64,000 nt of DNA. Origin: Variovorax sp. GTDB taxonomy: Bacteria; Pseudomonadota; Gammaproteobacteria; Burkholderiales; Burkholderiaceae_C. The stretch is taken from the NCBI GenBank assembly GCA_017744285.1, contig JAGIBP010000017.1, positions 5,634 through 69,633 on the forward strand. Reading direction: 5' to 3'. Position 1 is the stretch's first letter. Every line of letters starts with the position of its first letter. Of the stretch, positions 49,938 through 62,012 are shown in pieces. The position numbers and the translations under genes are program-made. The notes beneath the pieces were generated by a model that worked only from the letters and a program-made list of their open reading frames with translations, searched no databases and was not told the DNA's origin.

Positions 49938-50537
49938 ATGGCGCTCCAACCCCTCGACGCCACGCGCGCCAACCCGCTCGAAGGGGGGCCGAGCTTCTCT
50001 CTGGGCAACAGGATCATGCGCGCCGTCTGGAACGTGACCTGGGCGGTGTTCGCCTCCTGGACGCCGCCGCAGATGAGCTTCTGGCGCCGCTTCCTGCTCA
50101 AGCTTTTCGGCGCCCACCTGGGCGAAGCGAGCGACGTGCGGGGCAGCGCGAAGGTCTGGTACCCCCCTCACCTGTATCTCGGCGACCGCGCGCTGCTGGC
50201 CGACCGCGTGACCTGCTACAACATGGCGCCCATCACGCTCGGGCGCGGCGCGCTGGTCTCGCAGGGGGCCCATCTCTGCGCCGGCAGCCACGACATCTCG
50301 ACGCCGACCTTCCAGCTGACCGCGCGGCCGATCACGATCGGCGCCCAGGCCTGGATCGCCGCGGAAGCCTTCGTCGGCCCGGGCGTGGAGGTCGGCGAAG
50401 GCGCCGTCCTGGGCGCACGCAGCGTCGCCTTCCGCACGCTCGAGCCCTGGACGGTCTACGGCGGCAACCCGGCCAAGCCGCTCAAGCGCCGCGTCCTCAA
50501 GGAGGCAGCCGGCGCGGCGCCACCACCCAGCACCTGA
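49938..50537 (+). CDS. WcaF-like hexapeptide-repeat acetyltransferase
   Basis: LLKLFGA, SQGAHLCAGSHD, GGNPAK. Confidence 0.85.
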   Translation: MALQPLDATRANPLEGGPSFSLGNRIMRAVWNVTWAVFASWTPPQMSFWRRFLLKLFGAHLGEASDVRGSAKVWYPPHLYLGDRALLADRVTCYNMAPITLGRGALVSQGAHLCAGSHDISTPTFQLTARPITIGAQAWIAAEAFVGPGVEVGEGAVLGARSVAFRTLEPWTVYGGNPAKPLKRRVLKEAAGAAPPPST

Positions 50538-50552
50538 TTTTTTGGGGCGGGT

Positions 50553-50578
50553 GGAATAAACGCCGTGGCGCCGGCGTT
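50553..50578 (+). promoter_or_regulatory. ECF-type autoregulatory promoter
   Basis: GGAATAAA...CGTT immediately upstream of the ECF sigma gene. Confidence 0.65.
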
Positions 50579-50603
50579 CATGCAGCATCAACCTCCTGCA
50601 GCC

Positions 50604-51116
50604 ATGGATTCGAGCGCCATCGTCGAACACATCCCGAGCCTGCGCCGCTACGCGCGGGCGCTGACCGGCGACGCCTGGACCGCCGACGACCTCGTGCAGG
50701 ACACGCTCGAGCGCGCGTGCAGCAAGTGGCGCCTGTGGACCGTCGGGACGGACCTGCGCGCCTGGCTCTTCACGGTGATGCACAACGTGTTCGCCAGCCA
50801 GGTCCGCCGCATGCCGGCGCATGCCACGGTCGACGTCGACGAGGTGGTGCATGAACTGCGCAGCGTCGACGCCCATCGCGACCAGGCCATCGATCTCCAG
50901 CGCTGCCTGCTGCTCTTGCCCGAGGATCAGCGCTCGGTGCTGCTGCTGGTCACGCTCGAGGATCTCTCCTACGCGCAGGTCGCCAAGGTGCTGGGCATTC
51001 CCACCGGCACCGTGATGTCGCGGCTGTCCCGGGCCCGCGAACGCCTGCGCGACCTGATGGAAGCATCGCCCCCTTCACCCGCCGCGGGCCGCCCTGGCTT
51101 GCGACGCCTCAAGTAG
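50604..51116 (+). CDS. ECF sigma factor
   Basis: LRRYARAL, ADDLVQD, GTVMSRLSRAR; start could be 50580. Confidence 0.93.
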   Translation: MDSSAIVEHIPSLRRYARALTGDAWTADDLVQDTLERACSKWRLWTVGTDLRAWLFTVMHNVFASQVRRMPAHATVDVDEVVHELRSVDAHRDQAIDLQRCLLLLPEDQRSVLLLVTLEDLSYAQVAKVLGIPTGTVMSRLSRARERLRDLMEASPPSPAAGRPGLRRLK

Positions 51117-51127
51117 CGGCCAAGGCC

Positions 51128-51862
51128 ATGAAGACCCGTGTCCCCTCCCCCGACGAAGGCTCGCGCGAATGGCAGGCCCAGCGCGATGCACTGCGTGAGC
51201 TGCACCGCGATGTTCTCGACGAGCCCGTGCCGCCCGCCTTGCTGGCCGCCGCGGGAATGGTCGCCAGGTCCCAAGCCCGCCGCGCGAGTTGGGCGCGATG
51301 GGGCGGCATGGCCGCCGGCCTCGCCGTGGCCTTCGGGGCCGGCTGGCTGGCCAGCGGCCAGTGGAACGCGCCCGCGGCGGGCGCTGCACTGGCCCGGGGT
51401 CCGGCGGCGCGCGAGTTCGTCCACGCCGCGGCCCTGGCCTACGCCGTCTACGCGCCGGAAAAGCGCCACCCCGTCGAGGTGGGTGCGGCAGAGCAGCAGC
51501 ACCTCGTGCAGTGGCTGTCGAAGCGCCTGGACCGGCCGCTTCGGGTGCCGGACCTGTCGCCGCAAGGCTATGCGCTGGTGGGAGGCCGCCTGCTGCCCGG
51601 CAGCGAAGGGGCCCGCGCGCAGTTCATGTTCGAAGGCTCCGGCGGCGAAAGGCTCACGCTCTACATCGGCAGCCTCAGCCCGGCCCCCGGCGCTGCGCGC
51701 GGCGGCGAGACGGCATTTCGCTTCTCGGACGACGGGCCGGTGCCGAGCTTCTATTGGGTCGATCGCGGATTCGGCTATGCACTGACTGGTCCGCTGTCAC
51801 GCGATGCCTTGCTCGGCCTGGCGACGGCCGTCCATCGGCAGCTCGAAAAGACGGACGGGTAA
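51128..51862 (+). CDS. Membrane-anchored anti-sigma factor
   Basis: One TM; HPVEV, WLSKRL, LVGGRLLP. Confidence 0.88.
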   Translation: MKTRVPSPDEGSREWQAQRDALRELHRDVLDEPVPPALLAAAGMVARSQARRASWARWGGMAAGLAVAFGAGWLASGQWNAPAAGAALARGPAAREFVHAAALAYAVYAPEKRHPVEVGAAEQQHLVQWLSKRLDRPLRVPDLSPQGYALVGGRLLPGSEGARAQFMFEGSGGERLTLYIGSLSPAPGAARGGETAFRFSDDGPVPSFYWVDRGFGYALTGPLSRDALLGLATAVHRQLEKTDG

Positions 51863-51908
51863 GCTGCCGCCGCGCACATCATTTTGTTCAACCGAAGGAG
51901 AAAGCTCG

Positions 51909-52289
51909 ATGAAACTGCTCAGCACCTCGATTCTCGCCGCCGCCCTGCTGGCGGGCTGCGCCGGCATGTCGCCCGCGCCGGACACCCCCACACGCACCGC
52001 CGACGGCGTGCTCATCGGCCCGACCGGCATGACGCTGTACACCTTCGACCGCGACGCGCGCGGCAGCGGCAAGTCGGCCTGCAACGGTCCGTGCGCCGCC
52101 AACTGGCCACCGCTTGCGGTCGCCGACACGGCCAAGCCGATGGGCGACTACACCGTGATCGTGCGGGACGACGGCAAGAAGCAGTGGGCCTACAAGGGCC
52201 AGCCGCTCTACTACTGGGCCAAGGACACCAAGCCGGGCGACAAGACCGGCGATGGCGTCAACGGCATCTGGAAAGTGGCGCGTCCGTAA
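51909..52289 (+). CDS. COG4315-type lipoprotein with Yx(FWY)xxD repeats
   Basis: Lipobox LAGC; LYTFDRD, CAANWPP, PLYYWAKD. Confidence 0.9.
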   Translation: MKLLSTSILAAALLAGCAGMSPAPDTPTRTADGVLIGPTGMTLYTFDRDARGSGKSACNGPCAANWPPLAVADTAKPMGDYTVIVRDDGKKQWAYKGQPLYYWAKDTKPGDKTGDGVNGIWKVARP

Positions 52290-52298
52290 GAGGCCGGA

Positions 52299-52706
52299 TC
52301 AGCACCGGCCCTTTTTCGCCTGGCCCGGCGGGCAGTGGTCGTGGTAGTCATCGCCCCGGTCGTGATGGCCGTGGTGCTTGTCCTTCTTGTACTTGGCCGG
52401 CTTCCAGTCCGGCTCGACCCAGCGCCATCCGCCCTCGGCACGCACCCAGCGGCCCGGCGCGTACACGTAGTCCGGCCGTGCGGGCTCCCAGTAGCCCTGA
52501 TGCCACGCATAGGCGTTCTGGCGGTATTGCCAGACGCCGGGCACCCACACATAGCCGGCGCGCGGCGGCGGCACGGGCTCGTAGCGCGGCGCCGGTGGCG
52601 CGACGGCCACCACGCCTGGAACGTTGATGTTGATCGATACCTGCGCCAGCGAGCACAAGGGCGCCGCGGCCAGTGCACACGCCAGGAGAGGGGCTGAAAG
52701 TCGCAT
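52299..52706 (-). CDS. YXWGXW-repeat exported protein
   Basis: Signal peptide; YVWVPGVW, YAWHQGYW, YVYAPGRW; CPPGQAKKGRC tail. Confidence 0.85.
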   Translation of the reverse strand: MRLSAPLLACALAAAPLCSLAQVSININVPGVVAVAPPAPRYEPVPPPRAGYVWVPGVWQYRQNAYAWHQGYWEPARPDYVYAPGRWVRAEGGWRWVEPDWKPAKYKKDKHHGHHDRGDDYHDHCPPGQAKKGRC

Positions 52707-52765
52707 CGAGACTGTCCTTTCAAGATGAATCAATGGGCCATTCTCGCCTGTGCGAGGGCCCCGCT

Positions 52766-53686
52766 TCACGAGATGCCGGTGAGCGCCGACGGCGGCGCGC
52801 GCCGCTCGCGGATACCGAGCACTTCATTGAAGACCAGCGCGCCGATGACCAGCGCGCCGCCGGTCAGCACGCTGGGCTGCGGCTCCTCGCCGGCGCCGAA
52901 CCAGGCGAGCGCGATGCCGAAGATCACTTCGAGCAGCGCGAGCAGCGAGACCTCGGGCGCCTTGAGCACGCGGGCGCACAGGACCGACAGCACGCAGGGA
53001 ATCGCGAGCTGGAAAAGGCCGAGAAACGCCAGCAGGCCGAGGTCGTGCGCATTCGCCTGCAGCGGCCACGCCAGCGGCAGCGTGACCAGTGCCGAGATGG
53101 CGGCGCCGATCAGCACCGCCGGAACGAGATCGATGTCATGGCCTTTCGCGTGCGCATGCTGGACCACGGTCCAGTTGCAGGCCGCCGCGAGCGGAACGCA
53201 CAGGGCCACGAGGGTGCCGCCGAGCTGGCCCTCCCCCAGCTGGGTGCCGTACATCCAGCCGATGCCCAGGCCTCCCACCACGATCGCGATCCAGGTGCGC
53301 ACGGGCAGCCGGTGCCCGATGACGACGCGGGCGATCAGCGCGGTGAGCAGCGGCCCCACCGCCATCGTGACCAGGACGTTCGCGACGCTGGTCAGGGTGA
53401 GCGCCACCATGAAGGCGGTGAACATCACGCTCCAGCACACGCCGGAGATCCACAGTTCGCGGCCGCCGCCGCGGATCCTGGCGAACACGATCCGCCCCTG
53501 CCACAGCGGCAGGATGACCAGCAGCGACAGCAGCGTGAAGAAGCTGCGCCAGAACGTCACCTCGAAACTGCGGGCGTGCTCGAGATGGCGCGTGACGAGC
53601 CCCGCGGTGGCCCACATCAGGGTCACGGCCACCATCAGCCAGGCGGCGCGGCCATGGGTCAATCCGCGCCCCTGGCGCTGCATCAC
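52766..53686 (-). CDS. DMT/EamA family transporter
   Basis: About 10 TM segments, duplicated EamA pattern. Confidence 0.88.
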   Translation of the reverse strand: MMQRQGRGLTHGRAAWLMVAVTLMWATAGLVTRHLEHARSFEVTFWRSFFTLLSLLVILPLWQGRIVFARIRGGGRELWISGVCWSVMFTAFMVALTLTSVANVLVTMAVGPLLTALIARVVIGHRLPVRTWIAIVVGGLGIGWMYGTQLGEGQLGGTLVALCVPLAAACNWTVVQHAHAKGHDIDLVPAVLIGAAISALVTLPLAWPLQANAHDLGLLAFLGLFQLAIPCVLSVLCARVLKAPEVSLLALLEVIFGIALAWFGAGEEPQPSVLTGGALVIGALVFNEVLGIRERRAPPSALTGIS

Positions 53687-55515
53687 GCCGCCTCGCGCGA
53701 AGCGCGCTTGCGCTCGTGTTCCTTGAGGTGGCGCTTGCGCAGGCGCACGCTCTTGGGCGTGATCTCGACCAGCTCGTCGTCCTCGATGAATTCGACGCCG
53801 TACTCCAGCGTGAGATCGATCGGCGGCGTGATCTTGATCGCGTCTTCCTTGCCCGAGACGCGGAAGTTGGTGAGCTGCTTGGTGCGCGTGGCGTTCACCA
53901 CGAGGTCGTTGTCGCGGCTGTGGATGCCGACGATCATGCCTTCGTACACCGGGTCGTTGGCACGCACGAACATGCGGCCGCGGTCGTCCAGCTTGCCGAG
54001 CGCGTAGGTGAAGATCTCGCCGTCGTCCATCGAGATCAGCACGCCGTTCTTGCGGCCGCCGATGTCGCCCTTGTGCGGCTCGTAGCTGTCGAAGATGTTC
54101 GAGATCAGGCCCGAGCCGCGCGTGAGGTTGAGGAACTCATTGCTGAATCCGATCAGGCCGCGCGCCGGAATGCGGTACTCCAGGCGCACCCGGCCCTTGC
54201 CGTCCGGTTCCATGTTGACCAGGTCGCCCTTGCGCTCGCCGAGCGCCTGCATCACGCCGCCCTGATGCTGTTCCTCGATGTCGGCCGTGACGAGCTCGAT
54301 CGGCTCGCAGCGCACGCCGTCGATGTCCTTGAACACCACGCGCGGCTTGGACACCGCCATCTCGTAGCCTTCGCGGCGCATGTTCTCCAGCAGGATGGTC
54401 AGGTGCAGTTCGCCCCGGCCCATGACCTCGAAGACACCTTCTTCGTCGGTTTCCTTCACGCGCAGCGCCACGTTGTGCTGCAGTTCCTTCTGCAGGCGGT
54501 CCCAGATCTGGCGGCTGGTGACGAACTTGCCCTCGCGCCCGGCCAGCGGGCTGGTGTTGACGCAGAAGTTCATCGTCAGCGTCGGCTCGTCGACGCGCAG
54601 CATCGGCAGCGGCGCCGGCTTGAGCGGATCGGTGATCGTCACGCCGATGCCGATGTCATCGATGCCGTTGATCAGCACGATCTCGCCCGGGCCCGCTTCC
54701 TTGGTTTGCACGCGGTCGAGGCCCTGGAAGGTCAGCACTTGATTGACCCGTCCCTTGACCGCCTTGCCGTCCGGCCCTTCCATCACGACCACATCCATCA
54801 TGGGCTTGATGGTCCCGGCATTGACGCGGCCGACGCCGATCCGGCCCACGAAGGTCGAGAAGTCGAGCGCGGAGATCTGCAGCTGCAGCGGCGCCGCCGG
54901 ATCGCCGGCGTGCGCGGGCACGTGCTTCAGGATGGTGTCGAAGAGCGCCGACATGTCCGGGCCCCACTGCTCGCCGGGCTCGCCCTCTTCGAGCGACGAC
55001 CAGCCGTTGATGCCCGAGGCGTAGACCACGGGGAAATCGAGCTGCTCGTCGGTGGCGCCCAGCTTGTCGAACAGGTCGAACGCGGCGTTGACCACGTGGT
55101 CCGGCCGCGCCCCGGGCTTGTCGACCTTGTTCACCACGAGGATCGGCTTCAGGCCGAGCGCGAGCGCCTTCTTGGTCACGAAGCGCGTCTGCGGCATCGG
55201 GCCTTCCTGGGCATCGATCAGCAGCACCACGCCGTCGACCATGCTCAGCGCACGCTCCACTTCGCCGCCGAAGTCCGCGTGCCCGGGGGTGTCGACGATG
55301 TTGATGTGCGTGCCCTTCCAGGTCACGGCGCAGTTCTTCGCCAGGATCGTGATGCCACGCTCCTTTTCGATGGCGTTGTTGTCCATCACGGTGTCGACCA
55401 CTTTCTCGTGCTCGGCGAAGGTGCCGGACTGGCGCAGCAGCTGGTCGACCATCGTGGTCTTGCCATGGTCGACGTGGGCGATGATGGCGATGTTGCGAAT
55501 CTGATTGGTGCTCAT
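53683..55515 (-). CDS. typA: Translational GTPase TypA/BipA
   Basis: [30 protein letters not shown]. Confidence 0.98.
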   Translation of the reverse strand: MSTNQIRNIAIIAHVDHGKTTMVDQLLRQSGTFAEHEKVVDTVMDNNAIEKERGITILAKNCAVTWKGTHINIVDTPGHADFGGEVERALSMVDGVVLLIDAQEGPMPQTRFVTKKALALGLKPILVVNKVDKPGARPDHVVNAAFDLFDKLGATDEQLDFPVVYASGINGWSSLEEGEPGEQWGPDMSALFDTILKHVPAHAGDPAAPLQLQISALDFSTFVGRIGVGRVNAGTIKPMMDVVVMEGPDGKAVKGRVNQVLTFQGLDRVQTKEAGPGEIVLINGIDDIGIGVTITDPLKPAPLPMLRVDEPTLTMNFCVNTSPLAGREGKFVTSRQIWDRLQKELQHNVALRVKETDEEGVFEVMGRGELHLTILLENMRREGYEMAVSKPRVVFKDIDGVRCEPIELVTADIEEQHQGGVMQALGERKGDLVNMEPDGKGRVRLEYRIPARGLIGFSNEFLNLTRGSGLISNIFDSYEPHKGDIGGRKNGVLISMDDGEIFTYALGKLDDRGRMFVRANDPVYEGMIVGIHSRDNDLVVNATRTKQLTNFRVSGKEDAIKITPPIDLTLEYGVEFIEDDELVEITPKSVRLRKRHLKEHERKRASREAA

Positions 55516-56459
55516 GGTGTCGCTTCGGTCAATAGTGTTTGCTGGATTTCGATGGGGCTCAGCAAGCGCCCCGGAATGAGTTCGCCGGATTGCACGTGCG
55601 CCGTGCCGAGAAAGGCGCGCGGTCGGTCGCCGAAGACGGCCACGGCCGGCGAATCCGCCCAGCCGCCGCGCCGCCTGAGGCCGGAAAGAAAGCGCCCGGC
55701 ATCTTCGGCACCGAGCGTGACACGGGTGTGATCGGCCACCAGGGCTTCCGGGGGCAGCAGTTGCGCGATCCGGTCGGCCTCGTCCATGGCTTCGAGCGCC
55801 GCCAGCGTCACGCACTGGCTCGCATGAAAGCCGCCCGTGGCGATGCGGCGCAGCGCGACCAGGTGCGCGCCGCAGCCCAGCGCCTCGCCGATGTCCTCGC
55901 CGAGGGTGCGGATGTAGGTGCCCTTGCTCACCGTCGCGCGGATGCGGAGGTCGTCCGTGCCCGCCACACGGGCGATCGAGAGACTGTGGATCACCACGTC
56001 GCGCGGCGCGCGGTCGACCTCGACGCCTTCGCGCGCGTACTCGTAGAGCGCCTTACCGTCCTTCTTCAGCGCGCTGTGCATCGGCGGCACCTGGCGGATC
56101 GGGCCGGTGAACCGGGCTTCCGCCCGCGCGAGGTCGTCGTCGCTCACTGCGACTTCGCGGCGCTCGATGACCTCTCCTTCGGCATCGCCGGTCGAGGTCC
56201 GGGCGCCGAGGCGGGCGACCGCCTCGTACGTCTTGTCGGCATCGAGATGGAGCTGGCTGAACTTGGTGGCCGCGCCGAAGCACAGCGGCAGCACGCCGGT
56301 CGCGAGCGGATCCAGCGTGCCGGTGTGTCCGGCCTTCTCGGCGCGCAGCAGCCACTTGGCCTTCTGCAAGGCCTGGTTGCTGGAAAGGCCCAGCGGCTTG
56401 TCGAGCAGCAACACCCCATGCACAGGGCGCCGCTGCACCCGTGTGCGTGGCGCGTTCAT
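55512..56459 (-). CDS. truB: tRNA pseudouridine(55) synthase
   Basis: GHTGTLDPLATG, KGTYIR. Confidence 0.97.
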   Translation of the reverse strand: MNAPRTRVQRRPVHGVLLLDKPLGLSSNQALQKAKWLLRAEKAGHTGTLDPLATGVLPLCFGAATKFSQLHLDADKTYEAVARLGARTSTGDAEGEVIERREVAVSDDDLARAEARFTGPIRQVPPMHSALKKDGKALYEYAREGVEVDRAPRDVVIHSLSIARVAGTDDLRIRATVSKGTYIRTLGEDIGEALGCGAHLVALRRIATGGFHASQCVTLAALEAMDEADRIAQLLPPEALVADHTRVTLGAEDAGRFLSGLRRRGGWADSPAVAVFGDRPRAFLGTAHVQSGELIPGRLLSPIEIQQTLLTEATP

Positions 56460-56461
56460 CT

Positions 56462-56833
56462 TCAGTCGTCTTTGGAACGGGAAGCGACGGCCTGCGCAAT
56501 CAGCGCATTCATGTCGGCGGCGCGCTCGGTCGTGCGGTCGAACTGGAAGTGCAGCGTCGGCACCGTGTGGATGTGCAGTCGCTTGAACAGGCCGTTGCGC
56601 AGGAAGCCCGCGGCCTGGTTCAGCGCTTCGGTCGTCTCGACCGGATCGCCCACCAGCAGGCTGAAGAACACCTTCGCGTGCGCGTAGTCGGGCGTGACCT
56701 CGACGGCCTGGATCGTCACCATGCCCACCCGCGGGTCCTTCAGCTCGCGCGCGATCAGCTCCGTCAGATCGCGCTGGATCTGATCGGCCACCTTGAACGC
56801 ACGGTTGGGAACGGCGGATTTCTTCTTGGGCAT
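56462..56833 (-). CDS. rbfA: Ribosome-binding factor A
   Basis: KDPR, VPTLHF; between infB and truB. Confidence 0.96.
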   Translation of the reverse strand: MPKKKSAVPNRAFKVADQIQRDLTELIARELKDPRVGMVTIQAVEVTPDYAHAKVFFSLLVGDPVETTEALNQAAGFLRNGLFKRLHIHTVPTLHFQFDRTTERAADMNALIAQAVASRSKDD

Positions 56834-56854
56834 GGCGGGTAGCGCGCAGACGCC

Positions 56855-59782
56855 TTACAGCGTCCGGGCGATCTCCTTGATCTCGAAGAACTCCAGCTGA
56901 TCACCTTCCTTGATGTCGTTGTAGTTCTTCAGCTTGATACCGCACTCGAAGCCTTCGCGCACTTCGCGGACGTCGTCCTTCATGCGCTTGAGCGATTCGA
57001 TCTCGCCGGTGTAGATCACCACGTTGTCGCGCAGCAGGCGGAAATGCGCGTTGCGGTTGACCGAGCCGGAGGTGACGTACGAACCCGCCACCGTACCGAT
57101 CTTGGACGCCACGAACACGGTGCGGATCTCGGCCGAGCCGATGACCTCTTCGCGCCGCTCGGGCGCCAGCATGCCGGCCATCGCCGTCTTCAGATCGTCC
57201 ACGGCGTCGTAGATGATGCTGTAGTAGTGGATCTCGATGTTGTTGCCTTCGGCGTGCTTGCGCGCGCCGGCGTCGGCACGCACGTTGAAGCCGATGACCA
57301 TCGCCTTGGATGCGATCGCGAGGTTGATGTCCGACTCGCTGATGCCGCCGACCGCCGCATACACGACCTGCACCTTGACCTCGTCGTTCGAGAGCTTGAG
57401 CAGGGATTGCGAGAGCGCTTCCTGCGAGCCCTGGACGTCGGCCTTGATGATGAGCGGCAGCGTCTTGACCTCGCCCGCCGTCATGTCGGCGAACATGTTC
57501 TCCATCTTCGCTGCCTGCTGCTTCGCGAGCTTGGTGTTGCGGAACTTGCCCGCGCGGTAGGTCGCGATTTCGCGCGCACGGCGCTCGTCGCCCATCACCA
57601 TGAACTCGTCGCCGGCCTGCGGCACTTCGGTCAGGCCCTGGATCTCGACCGGGATCGACGGACCCGCGGTCTTCACCGGCTTGCCGTCCTCGTCGATCAT
57701 GGCGCGCACACGGCCATAGGTCGAGCCGGCCAGCACCACGTCGCCGGTCTTGAGCGTGCCGGACTGCACCAGCACGGTCGCGACCGGGCCGCGGCCCTTG
57801 TCGAGCTGCGCTTCGATGACCAGGCCCTTGGCGGCGGCATCGACCGGCGCCTTGAGTTCCAGGATTTCGGCCTGGAGGAGCACCTGCTCCAGCAGGTCGT
57901 CCACGCCCTGCCCCGTCTTGGCGGACACCGGCACGAACGGCGTGTCGCCGCCGTACTCTTCGGGCACCACCTCTTCGGCCACCAGTTCCTGCTTGACGCG
58001 GTCGAGGTTGGCGTCGGGCTTGTCGATCTTGTTGATCGCCACCACGATCGGCACCTTCGCGGCCTTCGCGTGCTTGATGGCTTCCTTCGTCTGCGGCATG
58101 ACGCCGTCGTCCGCGGCCACCACCAGGATCACGATGTCGGTCGCCTGGGCGCCGCGCGCACGCATGGCGGTGAACGCCTCGTGGCCCGGGGTGTCCAGGA
58201 AGGACACCATGCCGCGCTCCGTCTGCACGTGATACGCACCGATGTGCTGGGTGATACCGCCCGCTTCGCCCGCGGCGACCTTCGCGCGGCGGATGTAGTC
58301 GAGCAGCGAGGTCTTGCCGTGGTCGACGTGGCCCATCACGGTCACGACCGGCGCACGCGGCAGCGCCTCGGCCTGCTGCGCCGACACGTCCTCGTCGGTG
58401 AAGGCTTCGGGATCGTCCAGCGCGGCCACCACCGCGTTGTGGCCCATTTCCTCCACGATGATCATCGCCGTGTCCTGGTCCAGCGACTGGTTGATGGTCG
58501 CCATCTGGCCCAGCTTCATCAGCTGCTTGATGACTTCCGACGCCTTGATGGACATCTTGTGCGCGAGCTCCGCCACCGTGATGGTTTCGGGCACGTGCAC
58601 TTCGAGCACGCGCGCCTCGACCACCGGGGCCGGTGCGCGCTCCTCGATGCCGTTGCGATCGTTGCCGCGACGCCCGCGCGGACCGCCGCGCCAGTTGCCG
58701 CGGCCGACACCGCCGCTGGCATCGCCACGGGTCTTGATTTCCTTCTTCTTGGCCGTGTCGCCCGCCCAGCTCGAGGAAAGCTTGGCCGACTTGACTTCCT
58801 TGCCCGCGCCGGGACCCGCGCCGGCGCCTGCACCGGCTGCCTGAGCCGGTGCCGCGGCGCCCGCAGCAGGCGCGCCCGGCCGCGCCGCGGGGGCGCTGGG
58901 CTTGTGCAGCGTGCCCTTCTTGGCCTCGGCAGGCTTCTCGGGCGCCTTGTGAGGCACCAGGACGCGCGCCGGTGCATTCAGCATGGCGCGAATGGCCTCG
59001 GCCTCGGCGAGGGCCTTGCGGCGGCGCTCGTCGAGGTCCCGCGCCCGCGCGGCTTCTTCGTCGGCACGCGCCTTCGCCTCTGCCGCCGCCTTGGCCTTGG
59101 CATCTTCCTTGGCCTGCGCCGCAGCGGCTTCGGCGGCCTTCGCGCCAGCCTCGGCCGGCGCTTCTTCGGCGACATCGGACCCGCCGGCGGTCACGGCGGC
59201 GGCAGCGGCAGCTTCCGCGGCCTTCTTCTGCGCCGCAGCCTTCGCTTCCTGCTCTGCGCGTTCGGCCTCCTCGGCCCGTGCGCGCTCGCGCGCCTCGGCT
59301 TCTTCGCGCTGGCGGCGCTTTTCGAGGAGTTCCTCTTCCTGGCGGCGGATCAGTTCGGCCTGGCGGCGGGCCTCTTCCTCGCGACGTGCGAGCTCTGCCT
59401 CGTCGATGCGCGCAGCGGCGGGCGCAGCCGCCGGTGCCTGGGCCACCGCCGGTGCGGGCTCGGCCGTTGCCGGATGGCCTTCGTCGCGCTGGATGAAGGT
59501 GCGCTTCTTGCGCACTTCGACCTGGATCGTCCGAGCGCGACCCGTCGCGTCGGCCTGCTTGATCTCGCTGGTCGATTTCTTCGTGAGCGTGATCTTCTTG
59601 CGCTCGGGCTCGACCGTGCCGTGGCTGGCCTTCAGGAAGCCGAGCAGACGCTGCTTGTCGGCCTCGGTCAGCGCATCGGTCGCGGCTGCCTTGGGCACGC
59701 CCGCGCTCTTGAGCTGGTCAAGCAGGATTTCGGGAGTCTTCTTGAGTTCGTGTGCGAACTCGGCGACAGTGGTACTGGACAT
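56855..59782 (-). CDS. infB: Translation initiation factor IF-2
   Basis: [24 protein letters not shown]. Confidence 0.98.
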   Translation of the reverse strand: MSSTTVAEFAHELKKTPEILLDQLKSAGVPKAAATDALTEADKQRLLGFLKASHGTVEPERKKITLTKKSTSEIKQADATGRARTIQVEVRKKRTFIQRDEGHPATAEPAPAVAQAPAAAPAAARIDEAELARREEEARRQAELIRRQEEELLEKRRQREEAEARERARAEEAERAEQEAKAAAQKKAAEAAAAAAVTAGGSDVAEEAPAEAGAKAAEAAAAQAKEDAKAKAAAEAKARADEEAARARDLDERRRKALAEAEAIRAMLNAPARVLVPHKAPEKPAEAKKGTLHKPSAPAARPGAPAAGAAAPAQAAGAGAGAGPGAGKEVKSAKLSSSWAGDTAKKKEIKTRGDASGGVGRGNWRGGPRGRRGNDRNGIEERAPAPVVEARVLEVHVPETITVAELAHKMSIKASEVIKQLMKLGQMATINQSLDQDTAMIIVEEMGHNAVVAALDDPEAFTDEDVSAQQAEALPRAPVVTVMGHVDHGKTSLLDYIRRAKVAAGEAGGITQHIGAYHVQTERGMVSFLDTPGHEAFTAMRARGAQATDIVILVVAADDGVMPQTKEAIKHAKAAKVPIVVAINKIDKPDANLDRVKQELVAEEVVPEEYGGDTPFVPVSAKTGQGVDDLLEQVLLQAEILELKAPVDAAAKGLVIEAQLDKGRGPVATVLVQSGTLKTGDVVLAGSTYGRVRAMIDEDGKPVKTAGPSIPVEIQGLTEVPQAGDEFMVMGDERRAREIATYRAGKFRNTKLAKQQAAKMENMFADMTAGEVKTLPLIIKADVQGSQEALSQSLLKLSNDEVKVQVVYAAVGGISESDINLAIASKAMVIGFNVRADAGARKHAEGNNIEIHYYSIIYDAVDDLKTAMAGMLAPERREEVIGSAEIRTVFVASKIGTVAGSYVTSGSVNRNAHFRLLRDNVVIYTGEIESLKRMKDDVREVREGFECGIKLKNYNDIKEGDQLEFFEIKEIARTL

Positions 59783-59806
59783 ATTCGTTTCGTGCCTCCA
59801 TGACCA

Positions 59807-61291
59807 TCACTCTTGGCCGGCGAACCAGTGTTCGCGGGCCTTCAAGATGAGGTTCTTGGCGTCATCGGCACTCTGGCCGGTGATCTCGGTGAGTTCATCG
59901 ACCGCGAGGTCGGCCAGGTCGTCACGGGTGTGCACACCCGCCTCGGCCAGCTTCGGAATCAGCGCCGGGTCGAGCCCGGCGAGATCTCGCAGGTCCTGGG
60001 AAACGCTCTCGACGTTTTCTTCACGGGCGATCTCGAGCGTCAGCAGCGCATCCTTGGCGCGCGAACGCAGCTCGTTGACCGTGTCTTCGTCGAAAGCTTC
60101 GATCTCGAGCATTTCCGAGATCGGCACGTAGGCCACTTCCTCGAGGCTGGTGAAGCCTTCGGAAATCAGGATGTCGGCGATTTCCTCGTCGACATCGAGC
60201 TTTTCCATGAACAGCTTGCGGCTGGCGTCGGTTTCGTTCGCCTGCTTCTGCGCCGATTCGTTGGCGTCCATGATGTTGATCTTCCAGCCGGTCAGGTCGG
60301 AGGCGAGCCTCACGTTCTGGCCGCCGCGGCCGATCGCGATCGCGAGGTTTTCCTCGTCGACCACCACGTCCATCGCGTGCTTTTCCTCGTCGACCACGAT
60401 CGAGGTCACGTTGGCCGGCGCCAGTGCGCCGATCACGAACTGGGCCGGATCCTCGCTCCAGAGCACGATGTCGACGCGCTCGCCCGCGAGCTCGTTGGTG
60501 ACCGCGTTCACGCGCGTGCCGCGCACGCCGACGCAGGTGCCGATCGGGTCGACGCGCTTGTCGTGCGAGAGCACGGCGATCTTGGCGCGGCTGCCGGGGT
60601 CGCGGGCGCAGCTCTTGATCTCGAGCAGGCCCTGCTCGATCTCGGGCACTTCCTGGCGGAAGAGCTCGATCATGAACTCGGGCGCCGCGCGCGACAGGAT
60701 GATCGGCGCGCCGCGCAGCGTGAGGTCGACCTCCATGATCATGGCCCGCACGCGGTCGCCGTTGCGCAGGTTTTCCTTGGCGATCATCTCGCTGCGGCGC
60801 AGGCGCCCTTCGACGCGGCCGGCCTCGACGATGATGTCGCCCTTGTCGAGGCGCTTGACCGTGCCGGTGAAGATCTTCTCGCCGCGCGACATGAAGTCGT
60901 TGAGCAGCATCTCGCGCTCCGCGTCGCGGATCTTCTGCAGGATCACCTGCTTGGCGGCCATGGCGCCGATGCGGCCGATCGGCACCGACTCGATCGATTC
61001 TTCGATGTACTCGTCGATCTCGATGTCGGGCATCTCTTCCTTGGCCTCGAACAGCAGGATCTCCTGGTCGGGCAGCTGCAGGCCCGCCTCGTCGGGCACG
61101 ACGTGCCAGCGGCGGAAAGTCTCGTAGTCGCCGCTGTCGCGGTCGATGGCGACACGGATGTCCACATCACCCGGATAGAGCTTCTTGGTAGCTTGTGCCA
61201 GGGCGGACTCGACGGCGCCGAAGACGACGTCGCGCTCGACGTTCTTCTCGCGCGAGATCGCATCCACCAACATCAACATTTCGCGATTCAT
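59807..61291 (-). CDS. nusA: Transcription factor NusA
   Basis: [23 protein letters not shown]. Confidence 0.98.
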   Translation of the reverse strand: MNREMLMLVDAISREKNVERDVVFGAVESALAQATKKLYPGDVDIRVAIDRDSGDYETFRRWHVVPDEAGLQLPDQEILLFEAKEEMPDIEIDEYIEESIESVPIGRIGAMAAKQVILQKIRDAEREMLLNDFMSRGEKIFTGTVKRLDKGDIIVEAGRVEGRLRRSEMIAKENLRNGDRVRAMIMEVDLTLRGAPIILSRAAPEFMIELFRQEVPEIEQGLLEIKSCARDPGSRAKIAVLSHDKRVDPIGTCVGVRGTRVNAVTNELAGERVDIVLWSEDPAQFVIGALAPANVTSIVVDEEKHAMDVVVDEENLAIAIGRGGQNVRLASDLTGWKINIMDANESAQKQANETDASRKLFMEKLDVDEEIADILISEGFTSLEEVAYVPISEMLEIEAFDEDTVNELRSRAKDALLTLEIAREENVESVSQDLRDLAGLDPALIPKLAEAGVHTRDDLADLAVDELTEITGQSADDAKNLILKAREHWFAGQE

Positions 61292-61308
61292 GCCACCACT
61301 CTCCTCGT

Positions 61309-61929
61309 TCATTCCGACACCAGCGTGCCAGGTTTGGGCCTGCGCCCCTTGAAATCCACAATTGGCGCGAGCCGCGCCTCGCGCAGCTCGTCCAGGGCAA
61401 AACCGAGCGCCTGCAGCGGGGCCGGCGCGCGCTTCTTGCTGACTTTCTGGCCGGGCTTCGGGGCCGGCCGGCCTTCTGGCTCCTGGCTCCAGACGATCTG
61501 CCAGCCCACCGACCCATCGGCGCCTGCGACCCGCTCCAGCGTGCCACGAAACTTTTTGCGGTTGGCAGCCACCTGTCCACCCGCGGCAGCCCCCATCGGC
61601 GCCTTGAGCGTGATGTCGATCACTTCGCCGACAAAACGCTCGAAATCCTGCGCATTGCGCAGCGGACGGTCAATACCGGGCGAGGACACCTCGAGGCGTT
61701 TGTAATCCACGCCATCCACTTCGAGCGCGAACTGCAACTGCCGAGTGACTTTTTCGCAATCCTCGACCGTGACGAACGGCTCGGGCGCTTCGGCTGCATC
61801 CACGGAAGTGGGGCCAGTCCACGGCAAATCAATCGTGACGCGCAGCAAGCCACCGGCCGAGCGCTCGATCTCGACCAGGTCGTAGCCCAATCCGGCCACG
61901 GTTTTTTCCACTGTCTGCTGCAATGCCAC
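61309..61929 (-). CDS. rimP: Ribosome maturation factor RimP
   Basis: [18 protein letters not shown]; GTG start. Confidence 0.95.
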   Translation of the reverse strand: MALQQTVEKTVAGLGYDLVEIERSAGGLLRVTIDLPWTGPTSVDAAEAPEPFVTVEDCEKVTRQLQFALEVDGVDYKRLEVSSPGIDRPLRNAQDFERFVGEVIDITLKAPMGAAAGGQVAANRKKFRGTLERVAGADGSVGWQIVWSQEPEGRPAPKPGQKVSKKRAPAPLQALGFALDELREARLAPIVDFKGRRPKPGTLVSE

Positions 61930-62012
61930 GTGTCTGTATGCGTCCTTGAAATGCCTGTTCGCCGTGCCCGGCGCCGCCGCCCCGCTCTGCGGCACCAGGA
62001 ATTGCGTCGACC

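Noticed and set aside
58780-59480. Repetitive GCC/GCG-rich tract
   Set aside because: It encodes the Ala/Glu-rich linker of IF-2 and is not a DNA repeat element.
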